Assembly (NCBI GenBank): GCA_964057225.1
Contig: CAXKVF010000099.1
Coordinates: forward strand, 1 to 64,000
Origin: Auanema rhodensis
Lineage: Eukaryota > Animalia > Nematoda
Length of the DNA stretch: 64,000 nucleotides
Reading direction: 5' to 3'
The number at the start of each line of letters is the position of its first letter. Within the stretch, counting starts at the first letter, position 1. This document shows, piece by piece, positions 27,984 through 43,100 of the stretch. Below the pieces are notes generated by a model. It saw only the letters and a program-made list of their open reading frames with translations. It did no database searches and was not told the origin of the DNA. The translations under genes and the position numbers were made by a program.

Positions 27984-30900
27984 GGACATGGGGAATCTAA
28001 TTTTGAAAACCGCATCTCTTTATCTTTCACGTGAAGCGAGTTACATACCAAGTGCACATCACGTGTACATTTAATTAGCATAAATTAAAGTTCACGTAAA
28101 TTTCAAAGTCATGGTTACCATGAACCAATATCAATAAAAATTTGTTTTTAGACTAATATAGACATGGGGAATCTAATTTTGAAAACCGCATCTCTTTATC
28201 TTTCACGTGAAGCGAGTTACATACCAAGTGCACATCACGTGTACATTTAATTAGCATAAATTAAAGTTCACGTAAATTTCAAAGTCATGGTTACCATGAA
28301 CCAATATCAATAAAAATTTGTTTTTAGACTAATATGGACATGGGGAATCTAATTTTGAAAACCGCATCTCTTTATCTTTCACGTGAAGCGAGTTACATAC
28401 CAAGTGCACATCACGTGTACATTTAATTAGCATAAATTAAAGTTCACGTAAATTTCAAAGTCATGGTTACCATGAACCAATATCAATAAAAATTTGTTTT
28501 TAGACTAATATGGACATGGAGAATCTAATTTTGAAAACCGCATCTCTTTATCTTTCACGTGAAGCGAGTTACATACCAAGTGCACATCACGTGTACATTT
28601 AATTAGCATAAATTAAAGTTCACGTAAATTTCAAAGTCATGGTTACCATGAAGCAATATCAATAAAAATTTGTTTTTAGACTAATATGGACATGGGGAAT
28701 CTAATTTTGAAAACCGCATCTCTTTATCTTTCACGTGAAGCGAGTTACATACCAAGTGCACATCACGTGTACATTTAATTAGCATAAATTAAAGTTCACG
28801 TAAATTTCAAAGTCATGGTTACCATGAACCAATATCAATAAAAATTTGTTTTTAGACTAATATGGACATGGGGAATCTAATTTTGAAAACCGCATCTCTT
28901 TATCTTTCACGTGAAGCGAGTTACATACCAAGTGCACATCACGTGTACATTTAATTAGCATAAATTAAAGTTCACGTAAATTTCAAAGTCATGGTTACCA
29001 TGAACCAATATCAATAAAAATTTGTTTTTAGACTAATATAGACATGGGGAATCTAATTTTGAAAACCGCATCTCTTTATCTTTCACGTGAAGCGAGTTAC
29101 ATACCAAGTGCACATCACGTGTACATTTAATTAGCATAAATTAAAGTTCACGTAAATTTCAAAGTCATGGTTACCATGAACCAATATCAATAAAAATTTG
29201 TTTTTAGACTAATATGGACATGGAGAATCTAATTTTGAAAACCGCATCTCTTTATCTTTCACGTGAAGCGAGTTACATACCAAGTGCACATCACGTGTAC
29301 ATTTAATTAGCATAAATTAAAGTTCACGTAAAATTCAAAGTCATGGTTACCATGAACCAATATCAATAAAAATTTGTTTTTAGACTAATATGGACATGGA
29401 GAATCTAATTTTGAAAACCGCATCTCTTTATCTTTCACGTGAAGCGAGTTACATACCAAGTGCACATCACGTGTACATTTAATTAGCATAAATTAAAGTT
29501 CACGTAAATTTCAAAGTCATGGTTACCATGAACCAATATCAATAAAAATTTGTTTTTAGACTAATATGGACATGGGGAATCTAATTTTGAAAACCTCATC
29601 TCTTTATCTTTCACGTGAAGCGAGTTACATACCAAGTGCACATCACGTGTACATTTAATTAGCATAAATTAAAGTTCACGTAAATTTCAAAGTCATGGTT
29701 ACCATGAAGCAATATCAATAAAAATTTGTTTTTAGACTAATATGGACATGTGGAATCTAATTTTGAAAACCGCATCTCTTTATCTTTCACGTGAAGCGAG
29801 TTACATACCAAGTGCACATCACGTGTACATTTAATTAGCATAAATTAAAGTTCACGTAAATTTCAAAGTCATGGTTACCATGAACCAATATCAAAAAAAA
29901 TTTGTTTTTAGACTAATATGGACATGGGGAATCTAATTTTGAAAACCGCATCTCTTTATCTTTCACGTGAAGCGAGTTACATACCAAGTGCACATCACGT
30001 GTACATTTAATTAGCATAAATTAAAGTTCACGTAAATTTCAAAGTCATGGTTACCATGAAGCAATATCAATAAAAATTTGTTTTTAGACTAATATGGACA
30101 TGGGGAATCTAATTTTGAAAACCGCATCTCTTTATCTTTCACGTGAAGCGAGTTATATACCAAGTGCACATCACGTGTACATTTAATTAGCATAAATTAA
30201 AGTTCACGTAAATTTCAAAGTCATGGTTACCATGAACCAATATCAATAAAAATTTGTTTTTAGACTAATATGGACATGGGGAATCTAATTTTGAAAACCG
30301 CATCTCTTTATCTTTCACGTGAAGCGAGTTACATACCAAGTGCACATCACGTGTACATTTAATTAGCATAAATTAAAGTTCACGTAAATTTCAAAGTCAT
30401 GGTTACCATGAACCAATATCAATAAAAATTTGTTTTTAGACTAATATGGACATGGGGAATCTAATTTCAAAAACCGCATCTCTTTATCTCTCACGTGAAG
30501 CGAGTTACATACCAAGTGCACATCACGTGTACATTTAATTAGCATAAATTAAAGTTCACGTAAATTTCAAAGTCATGGTTACCATGCACCAATATCAATA
30601 AAAATTTGTTTTTAGACTAAGATGGACATGGGGAATCTAATTTTGAGAACCGCATCTCTTTATCTTTCACGTGAAGCGAGTTACATACCGAGTGCACATC
30701 ACGTGTACATTTAATTAGCATAAATTAAAGTTCACGTAAATTTCAAAGTCATGGTTACCATGAACCAATATCAATAAAAATTTGTTTTTAGACTAATATG
30801 GACATGAGGAATCTAATTTTGAAAACCGCATTTCTTTATCTTTCACGTGAAGCGAGTTACATACCAAGTGCACATCACGTGTACATTTAATTAGCATAAA

Positions 30901-31151
30901 TTAAAGTTCACGTAAATTTCAAAGTCATGGTTACCATGAACCAATATCAATAAAAATTTGTTTTTAGACTAATATGGACATGGGGAATCTAATTTTGAAA
31001 ACCGCATTTCTTTATCTTTCACGTGAAGCGAGTTACATACCAAGTGCACATCACGTGTACATTTAATTAGCATAAATTAAAGTTCACGTAAATTTCAAAG
31101 TCATGGTTACCATGAACCAATATCAATAAAAATTTGTTTTTAGACTAATAT

Positions 31152-32559
31152 GGACATGGGGAATCTAATTTTGAAAACCGCATTTCTTTATCTTTCACGT
31201 GAAGCGAGTTACATACCAAGTGCACATCACGTGTACATTTAATTAGCATAAATTAAAGTTCACGTAAATTTCAAAGTCATGGTTACCATGAACCAATATC
31301 AATAAAAATTTGTTTTTAGACTAATATGGACATGGGGAATCTAATTTTGAAAACCGCATCTCTTTATCTTTCACGTGAAGCGAGTTACATACCAGGTGCA
31401 CATCACGTGTACATTTAATTAGCATAAATTAAAGTTCACGTAAATTTCAAAGTCATGGTTACCATGAACCAATATCAATAAAAATTTGTTTTTAGACTAA
31501 TATGGACATGGGGAATCTAATTTTGAAAACCGCATCTCTTTATCTTTCACGTGAAGCGAGTTACATACCAAGTGCACATCACGTGTACATTTAATTAGCA
31601 TAAATTAAAGTTCACGTAAACTTCAAAGTCATGGTTACCATGCACCAATATCAATAAAAATTTGTTTTTAGACTAATATGGACATGAGGAATCTAATTTT
31701 GAAAACCGCATCTCTTTATCTTTCACGTGAAGCGAGTTACATACCAAGTGCACATCACGTGTACATTTAATTAGCATAAATTAAAGTTCACGTAAATTTC
31801 AAAGTCATGGTTACCATGAACCAATATCAATAAAAATTTGTTTTTAGACTAATATGGACATGGGGAATCTAATTTTGAAAACCGCATTTCTTTATCTTTC
31901 ACGTGAAGCGAGTTACATACCAAGTGCACATCACGTGTACATTTAATTAGCATAAATTAAAGTTCACGTAAATTTCAAAGTCATGGTTACCATGAACCAA
32001 TATCAATAAAAATTTGTTTTTAGACTAATATGGACATGGGGAATCTAATTTTGAAAACCGCATCTCTTTATCTTTCACGTGAAGCGAGTTACATACCAGG
32101 TGCACATCACGTGTACATTTAATTAGCATAAATTAAAGTTCACGTAAATTTCAAAGTCATGGTTACCATGAACCAATATCAATAAAAATTTGTTTTTAGA
32201 CTAATATGGACATGGGGAATCTAATTTTGAAAACCGCATCTCTTTATCTTTCACGTGAAGCGAGTTACATACCAAGTGCACATCACGTGTACATTTAATT
32301 AGCATAAATTAAAGTTCACGTAAACTTCAAAGTCATGGTTACCATGCACCAATATCAATAAAAATTTGTTTTTAGACTAATATGGACATGAGGAATCTAA
32401 TTTTGAAAACCGCATCTCTTTATCTTTCACGTGAAGCGAGTTACATACCAAGTGCACATCACGTGTACATTTAATTAGCATAAATTAAAGTTCACGTAAA
32501 TTTCAAAGTCATGGTTACCATGAACCAATATCAATAAAAATTTGTTTTTAGACTAATAT
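31152..32559 (+). repeat. Tandem duplication of a 4-monomer (704-bp) unit
   Basis: C33T | A68G | T118C+A140C | G8A at 31152-31855 and 31856-32559. Confidence 0.9.
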
Positions 32560-33615
32560 GGACATGGGGAATCTAATTTTGAAAACCGCATCTCTTTATC
32601 TTTCACGTGAAGCGAGTTACATACCAAGTGCACATCACGTGTACATTTAATTAGCATAAATTAAAGTTCACGTAAATTTCAAAGTCATGGTTACCATGCA
32701 CCAATATCAATAAAAATTTGTTTTTAGACTAATATGGACATGGGGAATCTAATTTTGAAAACCGCATCTCTTTATCTTTCACGTGAAGCGAGTTACATAC
32801 CAAGTGCACATCACGTGTACATTTAATTAGCATAAATTAAAGTTCACGTAAATTTCAAAGTCATGGTTACCATGAACCAATATCAATAAAAATTTGTTTT
32901 TAGACTAATATGGACATGGGGAATCTAATTTTGAAAACCGCATCTCTTTATCTTTCACGTGAAGCGAGTTACATACCAAGTGCACATCACGTGTACATTT
33001 AATTAGCATAAATTAAAGTTCACGTAAATTTCAAAGTCATGGTTACCATGCACCAATATCAATAAAAATTTGTTTTTAGACTAATATGGACATGGGGAAT
33101 TTAATTTTGAAAACCGCATCTCTTTATCTTTCACGTGAAGCGAGTTACATACCAAGTGCACATCACGTGTACATTTAATTAGCATAAATTAAAGTTCACG
33201 TAAATTTCAAAGTCATGGTTACCATGAAGCAATATCAATAAAAATTTGTTTTTAGACTAATATGGACATGGGGAATCTAATTTTGAAAACCGCATCTCTT
33301 TATCTTTCACGTGAAGCGAGTTACATACCAAGTGCACATCACGTGTACATTTAATTAGCATGAATTAAAGTTCACGTAAATTTCAAAGTCATGGTTACCA
33401 TGCACCAATATCAATAAAAATTTGTTTTTAGACTAATATGGACATGGGGAATCTAATTTTGAAAACCGCATCTCTTTATCTTTCACGTGAAGCGAGTTAC
33501 ATACCAAGTGCACATCACGTGTACATTTAATTAGCATAAATTAAAGTTCACGTAAATTTCAAAGTCATGGTTACCATGCACCAATATCAATAAAAATTTG
33601 TTTTTAGACTAATAT

Positions 33616-36600
33616 GGACATGGGGAATCTAATTTTGAAAACCGCATCTCTTTATCTTTCACGTGAAGCGAGTTACATACCAAGTGCACATCACGTGTAC
33701 ATTTAATTAGCATAAATTAAAGTTCACGTAAATTTCAAAGTCATGGTTACCATGAACCTATATCAATAAAAATTTGTTTTTAGACTAATATGGACATGGG
33801 GAATCTAATTTTGAAAACCGCATCTCTTTATCTTTCACGTGAAGCGAGTTACATACCAAGTGCACATCACGTGTACATTTAATTAGCATAAATTAAAGTT
33901 CACGTAAATTTCAAAGTCATGGTTACCATGAAGCAATATCAATAAAAATTTGTTTTTAGACTAATATGGACATGGGGAATCTAATTTTGAAAACCGCATC
34001 TCTTTATCTTTCACGTGAAGCGAGTTACATACCAAGTGCACATCACGTGTACATTTAATTAGCATGAATTAAAGTTCACGTAAATTTCAAAGTCATGGTT
34101 ACCATGCACCAATATCAATAAAAATTTGTTTTTAAACTAATATGGACATGGGGAATCTAATTTTGAAAACCGCATCTCTTTATCTTTCACGTGAAGCGAG
34201 TTACATACCAAGTGCACATCACGTGTACATTTAATTAGCATAAATTAAAGTTCACGTAAATTTCAAAGTCATGGTTACCATGCACCAATATCAATAAAAA
34301 TTTGTTTTTAGACTAATATGGACATGGGGAATCTAATTTTGAAAACCGCATCTCTTTATCTTTCACGTGAAGCGAGTTACATACCAAGTGCACATCACGT
34401 GTACATTTAATTAGCATAAATTAAAGTTCACGTAAATTTCAAAGTCATGGTTACCATGAAGCAATATCAATAAAAATTTGTTTTTAGACTAATATGGACA
34501 TGGGGAATCTAATTTTGAAAACCGCATCTCTTTATCTTTCACGTGAAGCGAGTTACATACCAAGTGCACATCACGTGTACATTTAATTAGCATAAATTAA
34601 AGTTCACGTAAATTTCAAAGTCATGGTTACCATGAACCAATATCAATAAAAATTTGTTTTTAGACTAATATGGACATGGGGAATCTAATTTTGAAAACCG
34701 CATCTCTTTATCTTTCACGTGAAGCGAGTTACATACCAAGTGCACATCACGTGTACATTTAATTAGCATAAATTAGTGTTCACGTAAATTTCAAAGTCAT
34801 GGTTACCATGAACCAATATCAATAAAAATTTGTTGTTAGACTAATATGGACATGGGGAATCTAATTTTGAAAACCGCATCTCTTTATCTTTCACGTGAAG
34901 CGAGTTACATACCAAGTGCACATCACGTGTACATTTAATTAGCATAAATTAAAGTTCACGTAAATTTCAAAGTCATGGTTACCATGCACCAATATCAATA
35001 AAAATTTGTTTTTAGACTAATATGGACATGGGGAATCTAATTTTGAAAACCGCATCTCTTTATCTTTCACGTGAAGCGAGTTACATACCAAGTGCACATC
35101 ACGTGTACATTTAATAAGCATAAATTAAAGTTCACGTAAATTTCAAATTCATGGTTACCATGCACCAATATCATTAAAAATTTGTTTTTTGACTAATATG
35201 GACATGGGGAATCTAATTTTGAAAACCGCATCTCTTTATCTTTCACGTGAAGCGAGTTACATACCAAGTGCACATCACGTGTACATTTAATTAGCATAAA
35301 TTAAAGTTCACGTAAATTTCAAAGTCATGGTTACCATGAACCAATATCAATAAAAATTTGTTTTTAGACTAATATGGACATGGGGAATCTAATTTTGAAA
35401 ACCGCATCTCTTTATCTTTCACGTGAAGCGAGTTACATACCAAGTGCCCATCACGTGTACATTTAATTAGCATAAATTAAAGTTCACGTAAATTTCAAAG
35501 TCATGGTTACCATGAACCTATATCAATAAAAATTTGTTTTTAGACTAATATGGACATGGGGAATCTAATTTTGAAAACCGCATCTCTTTATCTTTCACGT
35601 GAAGCGAGTTACATACCAAGTGCACATCACGTGTACATTTAATTAGCATAAATTAAAGTTCACGTAAATTTCAAAGTCATGGTTACCATGAAGCAATATC
35701 AATAAAAATTTGTTTTTAGACTAATATGGACATGGGGAATCTAATTTTGAAAACCGCATCTCTTTATCTTTCACGTGAAGCGAGTTACATACCAAGTGCA
35801 CATCACGTGTACATTTAATTAGCATGAATTAAAGTTCACGTAAATTTCAAAGTCATGGTTACCATGCACCAATATCAATAAAAATTTGTTTTTAAACTAA
35901 TATGGACATGGGGAATCTAATTTTGAAAACCGCATCTCTTTATCTTTCAAGTGAAGCGAGTTACATACCAAGTGCACATCACGTGTACATTTAATTAGCA
36001 TAAATTAAAGTTCACGTAAATTTCAAAGTCATGGTTACCATGCACCAATATCAATAAAAATTTGTTTTTAGACTAATATGGACATGGGGAATCTAATTTT
36101 GAAAACCGCATCTCTTTATCTTTCACGTGAAGCGAGTTACATACCAAGTGCACATCACGTGTACATTTAATTAGCATAAATTAAAGTTCACGTAAATTTC
36201 AAAGTCATGGTTACCATGAAGCAATATCAATAAAAATTTGTTTTTAGACTAATATGGACATGGGGAATCTAATTTTGAAAACCGCATCTCTTTATCTTTC
36301 ACGTGAAGCGAGTTACATACCAAGTGCACATCACGTGTACATTTAATTAGCATAAATTAAAGTTCACGTAAATTTCAAAGTCATGGTTACCATGAACCAA
36401 TATCAATAAAAATTTGTTTTTAGACTAATATGGACATGGGGAATCTAATTTTGAAAACCGCATCTCTTTATCTTTCACGTGAAGCGAGTTACATACCAAG
36501 TGCACATCACGTGTACATTTAATTAGCATAAATTAGTGTTCACGTAAATTTCAAAGTCATGGTTACCATGAACCAATATCAATAAAAATTTGTTGTTAGA

Positions 36601-37135
36601 CTAATATGGACATGGGGAATCTAATTTTGAAAACCGCATCTCTTTATCTTTCACGTGAAGCGAGTTACATACCAAGTGCACATCACGTGTACATTTAATT
36701 AGCATAAATTAAAGTTCACGTAAATTTCAAAGTCATGGTTACCATGCACCAATATCAATAAAAATTTGTTTTTAGACTAATATGGACATGGGGAATCTAA
36801 TTTTGAAAACCGCATCTCTTTATCTTTCACGTGAAGCGAGTTACATACCAAGTGCACATCACGTGTACATTTAATAAGCATAAATTAAAGTTCACGTAAA
36901 TTTCAAATTCATGGTTACCATGCACCAATATCATTAAAAATTTGTTTTTTGACTAATATGGACATGGGGAATCTAATTTTGAAAACCGCATCTCTTTATC
37001 TTTCACGTGAAGCGAGTTACATACCAAGTGCACATCACGTGTACATTTAATTAGCATAAATTAAAGTTCACGTAAATTTCAAAGTCATGGTTACCATGAA
37101 CCAATATCAATAAAAATTTGTTTTTAGACTAATAT
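33616..37135 (+). repeat. Tandem duplication of a 10-monomer (1760-bp) higher-order unit
   Basis: A99G+G168A monomer at 33968/35728, AA105GT+T164G at 34672/36432, five-variant monomer at 35024/36784. The second copy carries extra A73C and C47A. Confidence 0.9.
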
Positions 37136-40100
37136 GGACATGGGGAATCTAATTTTGAAAACCGCATTTCTTTATCTTCCACGTGAAGCGAGTTACATAC
37201 CAAGTGCCCATCACGTGTACATTTAATTAGCATAAATTAAAGTTCACGTAAAATTCAAAGTCATGGTTACCATGCACCAATATCAATAAAAATTTGTTTT
37301 TAGACTAATATGGACATGGAGAATCTAATTTTGAAAACCGCATCTCTTTATCTTTCACGTGAAGCTAGTTACATACCAAGTGCACATCACGTGTACATTT
37401 AATTAGCATAAATTAAAGTTCACGTAAATTTCAAAGTCATGGTTACCATGAACCAATATCAATAAAAATTTGTTTTTAGACTAATATGGACATGGGGAAT
37501 CTAATTTTGGAAACCGCATCTCTTTATCTTTCACGTGAAGCGAGTTACATACCAAGTGCACATCACGTGTACATTTAATTAGCATAAATTAAAGTTCACG
37601 TAAATTTCAAAGTCATGGTTACCATGAACCAATATCAATAAAAATTTGTTTTTAGACTAATATGGACATGGGGAATCTAATTTTGAAAACCGCATCTCTT
37701 TATCTTTCACGTGAAGCGAGTTACATACCAAGTGCACATCACGTGTACATTTAATTAGCATAAATTAAAGTTCACGTAAATTTCAAAGTCATGGTTACCA
37801 TGCACCAATATCAATAAAAATTTGTTTTTAGACTAATATGGACATGGGGAATCTAATTTTGAAAACCGCATCTCTTTATCTTTCACGTGAAGCGAGTTAC
37901 ATACCAAGTGCACATCACGTGTACATTTAATTAGCATAAATTAAAGTTCACGTAAATTTCAAAGTCATGGTTACCATGAACCTATATCAATAAAAATTTG
38001 TTTTTAGACTAATATGGACATGGGGAATCTAATTTTGAAAACCGCATCTCTTTATCTTTCACGTGAAGCGAGTTACATACCAAGTGCACATCACGTGTAC
38101 ATTTAATTAGCATAAATTAAAGTTCACGTAAATTTCAAAGTCATGGTTACCATGAAGCAATATCAATAAAAATTTGTTTTTAGACTAATATGGACATGGG
38201 GAATCTAATTTTGAAAACCGCATCTCTTTATCTTTCACGTGAAGCGAGTTACATACCAAGTGCACATCACGTGTACATTTAATTAGCATAAATTAAAGTT
38301 CACGTAAATTTCAAAGTCATGGTTACCATGAAGCAATATCAATAAAAATTTGTTTTTAGACTAATATGGACATGGGGAATCTAATTTTGAAAACCGCATC
38401 TCTTTATCTTTCACGTGAAGCGAGTTACATACCAAGTGCACATCACGTGTACATTTAATTAGCATAAATTAAAGTTCACGTAAATTTCAAAGTCATGGTT
38501 ACCATGAACCAATATCAATAAAAATTTGTTTTTAGACTAATATGGACATGGGGAATCTAATTTTGAAAACCGCATCTCTTTATCTTTCACGTGAAGCGAG
38601 TTACATACCAAGTGCACATCACGTGTACATTTAATTAGCATAAATTAAAGTTCACGTAAATTTCAAAGTCATGGTTACCATGAAGCAATATCAATAAAAA
38701 TTTGTTTTTAGACTAATATGGACATGGGGAATCTAATTTTGAAAACCGCATCTCTTTATCTTTCACGTGAAGCGAGTTACATACCAAGTGCACATCACGT
38801 GTACATTTAATTAGCATGAATTAAAGTTCACGTAAATTTCAAAGTCATGGTTACCATGCACCAATATCAATAAAAATTTGTTTTTAAACTAATATGGACA
38901 TGGGGAATCTAATTTTGAAAACCGCATCTCTTTATCTTTCACGTGAAGCGAGTTACATACCAAGTGCACATCACGTGTACATTTAATTAGCATAAATTAA
39001 AGTTCACGTAAATTTCAAAGTCATGGTTACCATGCACCAATATCAATAAAAATTTGTTTTTAGACTAATATGGACATGGGGAATCTAATTTTGAAAACCG
39101 CATCTCTTTATCTTTCACGTGAAGCGAGTTACATACCAAGTGCACATCACGTGTACATTTAATTAGCATAAATTAAAGTTCACGTAAATTTCAAAGTCAT
39201 GGTTACCATGAAGCAATATCAATAAAAATTTGTTTTTAGACTAATATGGACATGGGGAATCTAATTTTGAAAACCGCATCTCTTTATCTTTCACGTGAAG
39301 CGAGTTACATACCAAGTGCACATCACGTGTACATTTAATTAGCATAAATTAAAGTTCACGTAAATTTCAAAGTCATGGTTACCATGAACCAATATCAATA
39401 AAAATTTGTTTTTAGACTAATATGGACATGGGGAATCTAATTTTGAAAACCGCATCTCTTTATCTTTCACGTGAAGCGAGTTACATACCAAGTGCACATC
39501 ACGTGTACATTTAATTAGCATAAATTAGTGTTCACGTAAATTTCAAAGTCATGGTTACCATGAACCAATATCAATAAAAATTTGTTGTTAGACTAATATG
39601 GACATGGGGAATCTAATTTTGAAAACCGCATCTCTTTATCTTTCACGTGAAGCGAGTTACATACCAAGTGCACATCACGTGTACATTTAATTAGCATAAA
39701 TTAAAGTTCACGTAAATTTCAAAGTCATGGTTACCATGCACCAATATCAATAAAAATTTGTTTTTAGACTAATATGGACATGGGGAATCTAATTTTGAAA
39801 ACCGCATCTCTTTATCTTTCACGTGAAGCGAGTTACATACCAAGTGCACATCACGTGTACATTTAATAAGCATAAATTAAAGTTCACGTAAATTTCAAAT
39901 TCATGGTTACCATGCACCAATATCATTAAAAATTTGTTTTTTGACTAATATGGACATGGGGAATATAATTTTGAAAACCGCATCTCTTTATCTTTCACGT
40001 GAAGCGAGTTACATACCAAGTGCACATCACGTGTACATTTAATTAGCATAAATTAAAGTTCACGTAAATTTCAAAGTCATGGTTACCATGAAGCAATATC

Positions 40101-43100
40101 AATAAAAATTTGTTTTTAGACTAATATGGACATGGGGAATCTAATTTTGAAAACCGCATCTCTTTATCTTTCACGTGAAGCGAGTTACATACCAAGTGCA
40201 CATCACGTGTACATTTAATTAGCATAAATTAAAGTTCACGTAAATTTCAAAGTCATGGTTACCATGAACCAATATCAATAAAAATTTGTTTTTAGACTAA
40301 TATGGACATGGGGAATCTAATTTTGAAAACCGCATCTCTTTATCTTTCACGTGAAGCGAGTTACATACCAAGTGCACATCACGTGTACATTTAATTAGCA
40401 TAAATTAGTGTTCACGTAAATTTCAAAGTCATGGTTACCATGAACCAATATCAATAAAAATTTGTTGTTAGACTAATATGGACATGGGGAATCTAATTTT
40501 GAAAACCGCATCTCTTTATCTTTCACGTGAAGCGAGTTACATACCAAGTGCACATCACGTGTACATTTAATTAGCATAAATTAAAGTTCACGTAAATTTC
40601 AAAGTCATGGTTACCATGCACCAATATCAATAAAAATTTGTTTTTAGACTAATATGGACATGGGGAATCTAATTTTGAAAACCGCATCTCTTTATCTTTC
40701 ACGTGAAGCGAGTTACATACCAAGTGCACATCACGTGTACATTTAATAAGCATAAATTAAAGTTCACGTAAATTTCAAATTCATGGTTACCATGCACCAA
40801 TATCATTAAAAATTTGTTTTTTGACTAATATGGACATGGGGAATATAATTTTGAAAACCGCATCTCTTTATCTTTCACGTGAAGCGAGTTACATACCAAG
40901 TGCACATCACGTGTACATTTAATTAGCATAAATTAAAGTTCACGTAAATTTCAAAGTCATGGTTACCATGAACCAATATCAATAAAAATTTGTTTTTAGA
41001 CTAATATGGACATGGGGAATCTAATTTTGAAAACCGCATTTCTTTATCTTCCACGTGAAGCGAGTTACATACCAAGTGCCCATCACGTGTACATTTAATT
41101 AGCATAAATTAAAGTTCACGTAAAATTCAAAGTCATGGTTACCATGCACCAATATCAATAAAAATTTGTTTTTAGACTAATATGGACATGGAGAATCTAA
41201 TTTTGAAAACCGCATCTCTTTATCTTTCACGTGAAGCTAGTTACATACCAAGTGCACATCACGTGTACATTTAATTAGCATAAATTAAAGTTCACGTAAA
41301 TTTCAAAGTCATGGTTACCATGAACCAATATCAATAAAAATTTGTTTTTAGACTAATATGGACATGGGGAATCTAATTTTGGAAACCGCATCTCTTTATC
41401 TTTCACGTGAAGCGAGTTACATACCAAGTGCACATCACGTGTACATTTAATTAGCATAAATTAAAGTTCACGTAAATTTCAAAGTCATGGTTACCATGAA
41501 GCAATATCAATAAAAATTTGTTTTTAGACTGATATGGACATGGGGAATCTAATTTTGAAAACCGCATCTCTTTATCTTTCACGTGAAGCGAGTTACATAC
41601 CAAGTGCACATCACGTGTACATTTAATTAGCATAAATTAGTGTTCACGTAAATTTCAAAGTCATGGTTACCATGAAGCAATATCAATAAAAATTTGTTTT
41701 TAGACTAATATGGACATGGGGAATCTAATTTTGAAAACCGCATCTCTTTATCTTTCACGTGAAGCGAGTTACATACCAAGTGCACATCACGTGTACATTT
41801 AATTAGCATAAATTAAAGTTCACGTAAATTTCAAAGTCATGGTTACCATGAACCAATATCAATAAAAATTTGTTTTTAGACTAATATGGACATGGGGAAT
41901 CTAATTTTGAAAACCGCATCTCTTTATCTTTCACGTGAAGCGAGTTACATACCAAGTGCACATCACGTGTACATTTAATTAGCATAAATTAGTGTTCACG
42001 TAAATTTCAAAGTCATGGTTACCATGAACCAATATCAATAAAAATTTGTTGTTAGACTAATATGGACATGGGGAATCTAATTTTGAAAACCGCATCTCTT
42101 TATCTTTCACGTGAAGCGAGTTACATACCAAGTGCACATCACGTGTACATTTAATTAGCATAAATTAAAGTTCACGTAAATTTCAAAGTCATGGTTACCA
42201 TGCACCAATATCAATAAAAATTTGTTTTTAGACTAATATGGACATGGGGAATCTAATTTTGAAAACCGCATCTCTTTATCTTTCACGTGAAGCGAGTTAC
42301 ATACCAAGTGCACATCACGTGTACATTTAATAAGCATAAATTAAAGTTCACGTAAATTTCAAATTCATGGTTACCATGCACCAATATCATTAAAAATTTG
42401 TTTTTTGACTAATATGGACATGGGGAATATAATTTTGAAAACCGCATCTCTTTATCTTTCACGTGAAGCGAGTTACATACCAAGTGCACATCACGTGTAC
42501 ATTTAATTAGCATAAATTAAAGTTCACGTAAATTTCAAAGTCATGGTTACCATGAACCAATATCAATAAAAATTTGTTTTTAGACTAATATGGACATGGG
42601 GAATCTAATTTTGAAAACCGCATTTCTTTATCTTCCACGTGAAGCGAGTTACATACCAAGTGCCCATCACGTGTACATTTAATTAGCATAAATTAAAGTT
42701 CACGTAAAATTCAAAGTCATGGTTACCATGCACCAATATCAATAAAAATTTGTTTTTAGACTAATATGGACATGGAGAATCTAATTTTGAAAACCGCATC
42801 TCTTTATCTTTCACGTGAAGCTAGTTACATACCAAGTGCACATCACGTGTACATTTAATTAGCATAAATTAAAGTTCACGTAAATTTCAAAGTCATGGTT
42901 ACCATGAACCAATATCAATAAAAATTTGTTTTTAGACTAATATGGACATGGGGAATCTAATTTTGGAAACCGCATCTCTTTATCTTTCACGTGAAGCGAG
43001 TTACATACCAAGTGCACATCACGTGTACATTTAATTAGCATAAATTAAAGTTCACGTAAATTTCAAAGTCATGGTTACCATGAACCTATATCAATAAAAA

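Noticed and set aside
41451-41633. 60-aa minus-strand ORF (MLIKCTRDVH...)
   Set aside because: It is plain satellite sequence. A singleton A172G at 41531 changes the TAG that closes this frame in other monomers to CAG, letting it run one monomer length to the next stop. No coding evidence.
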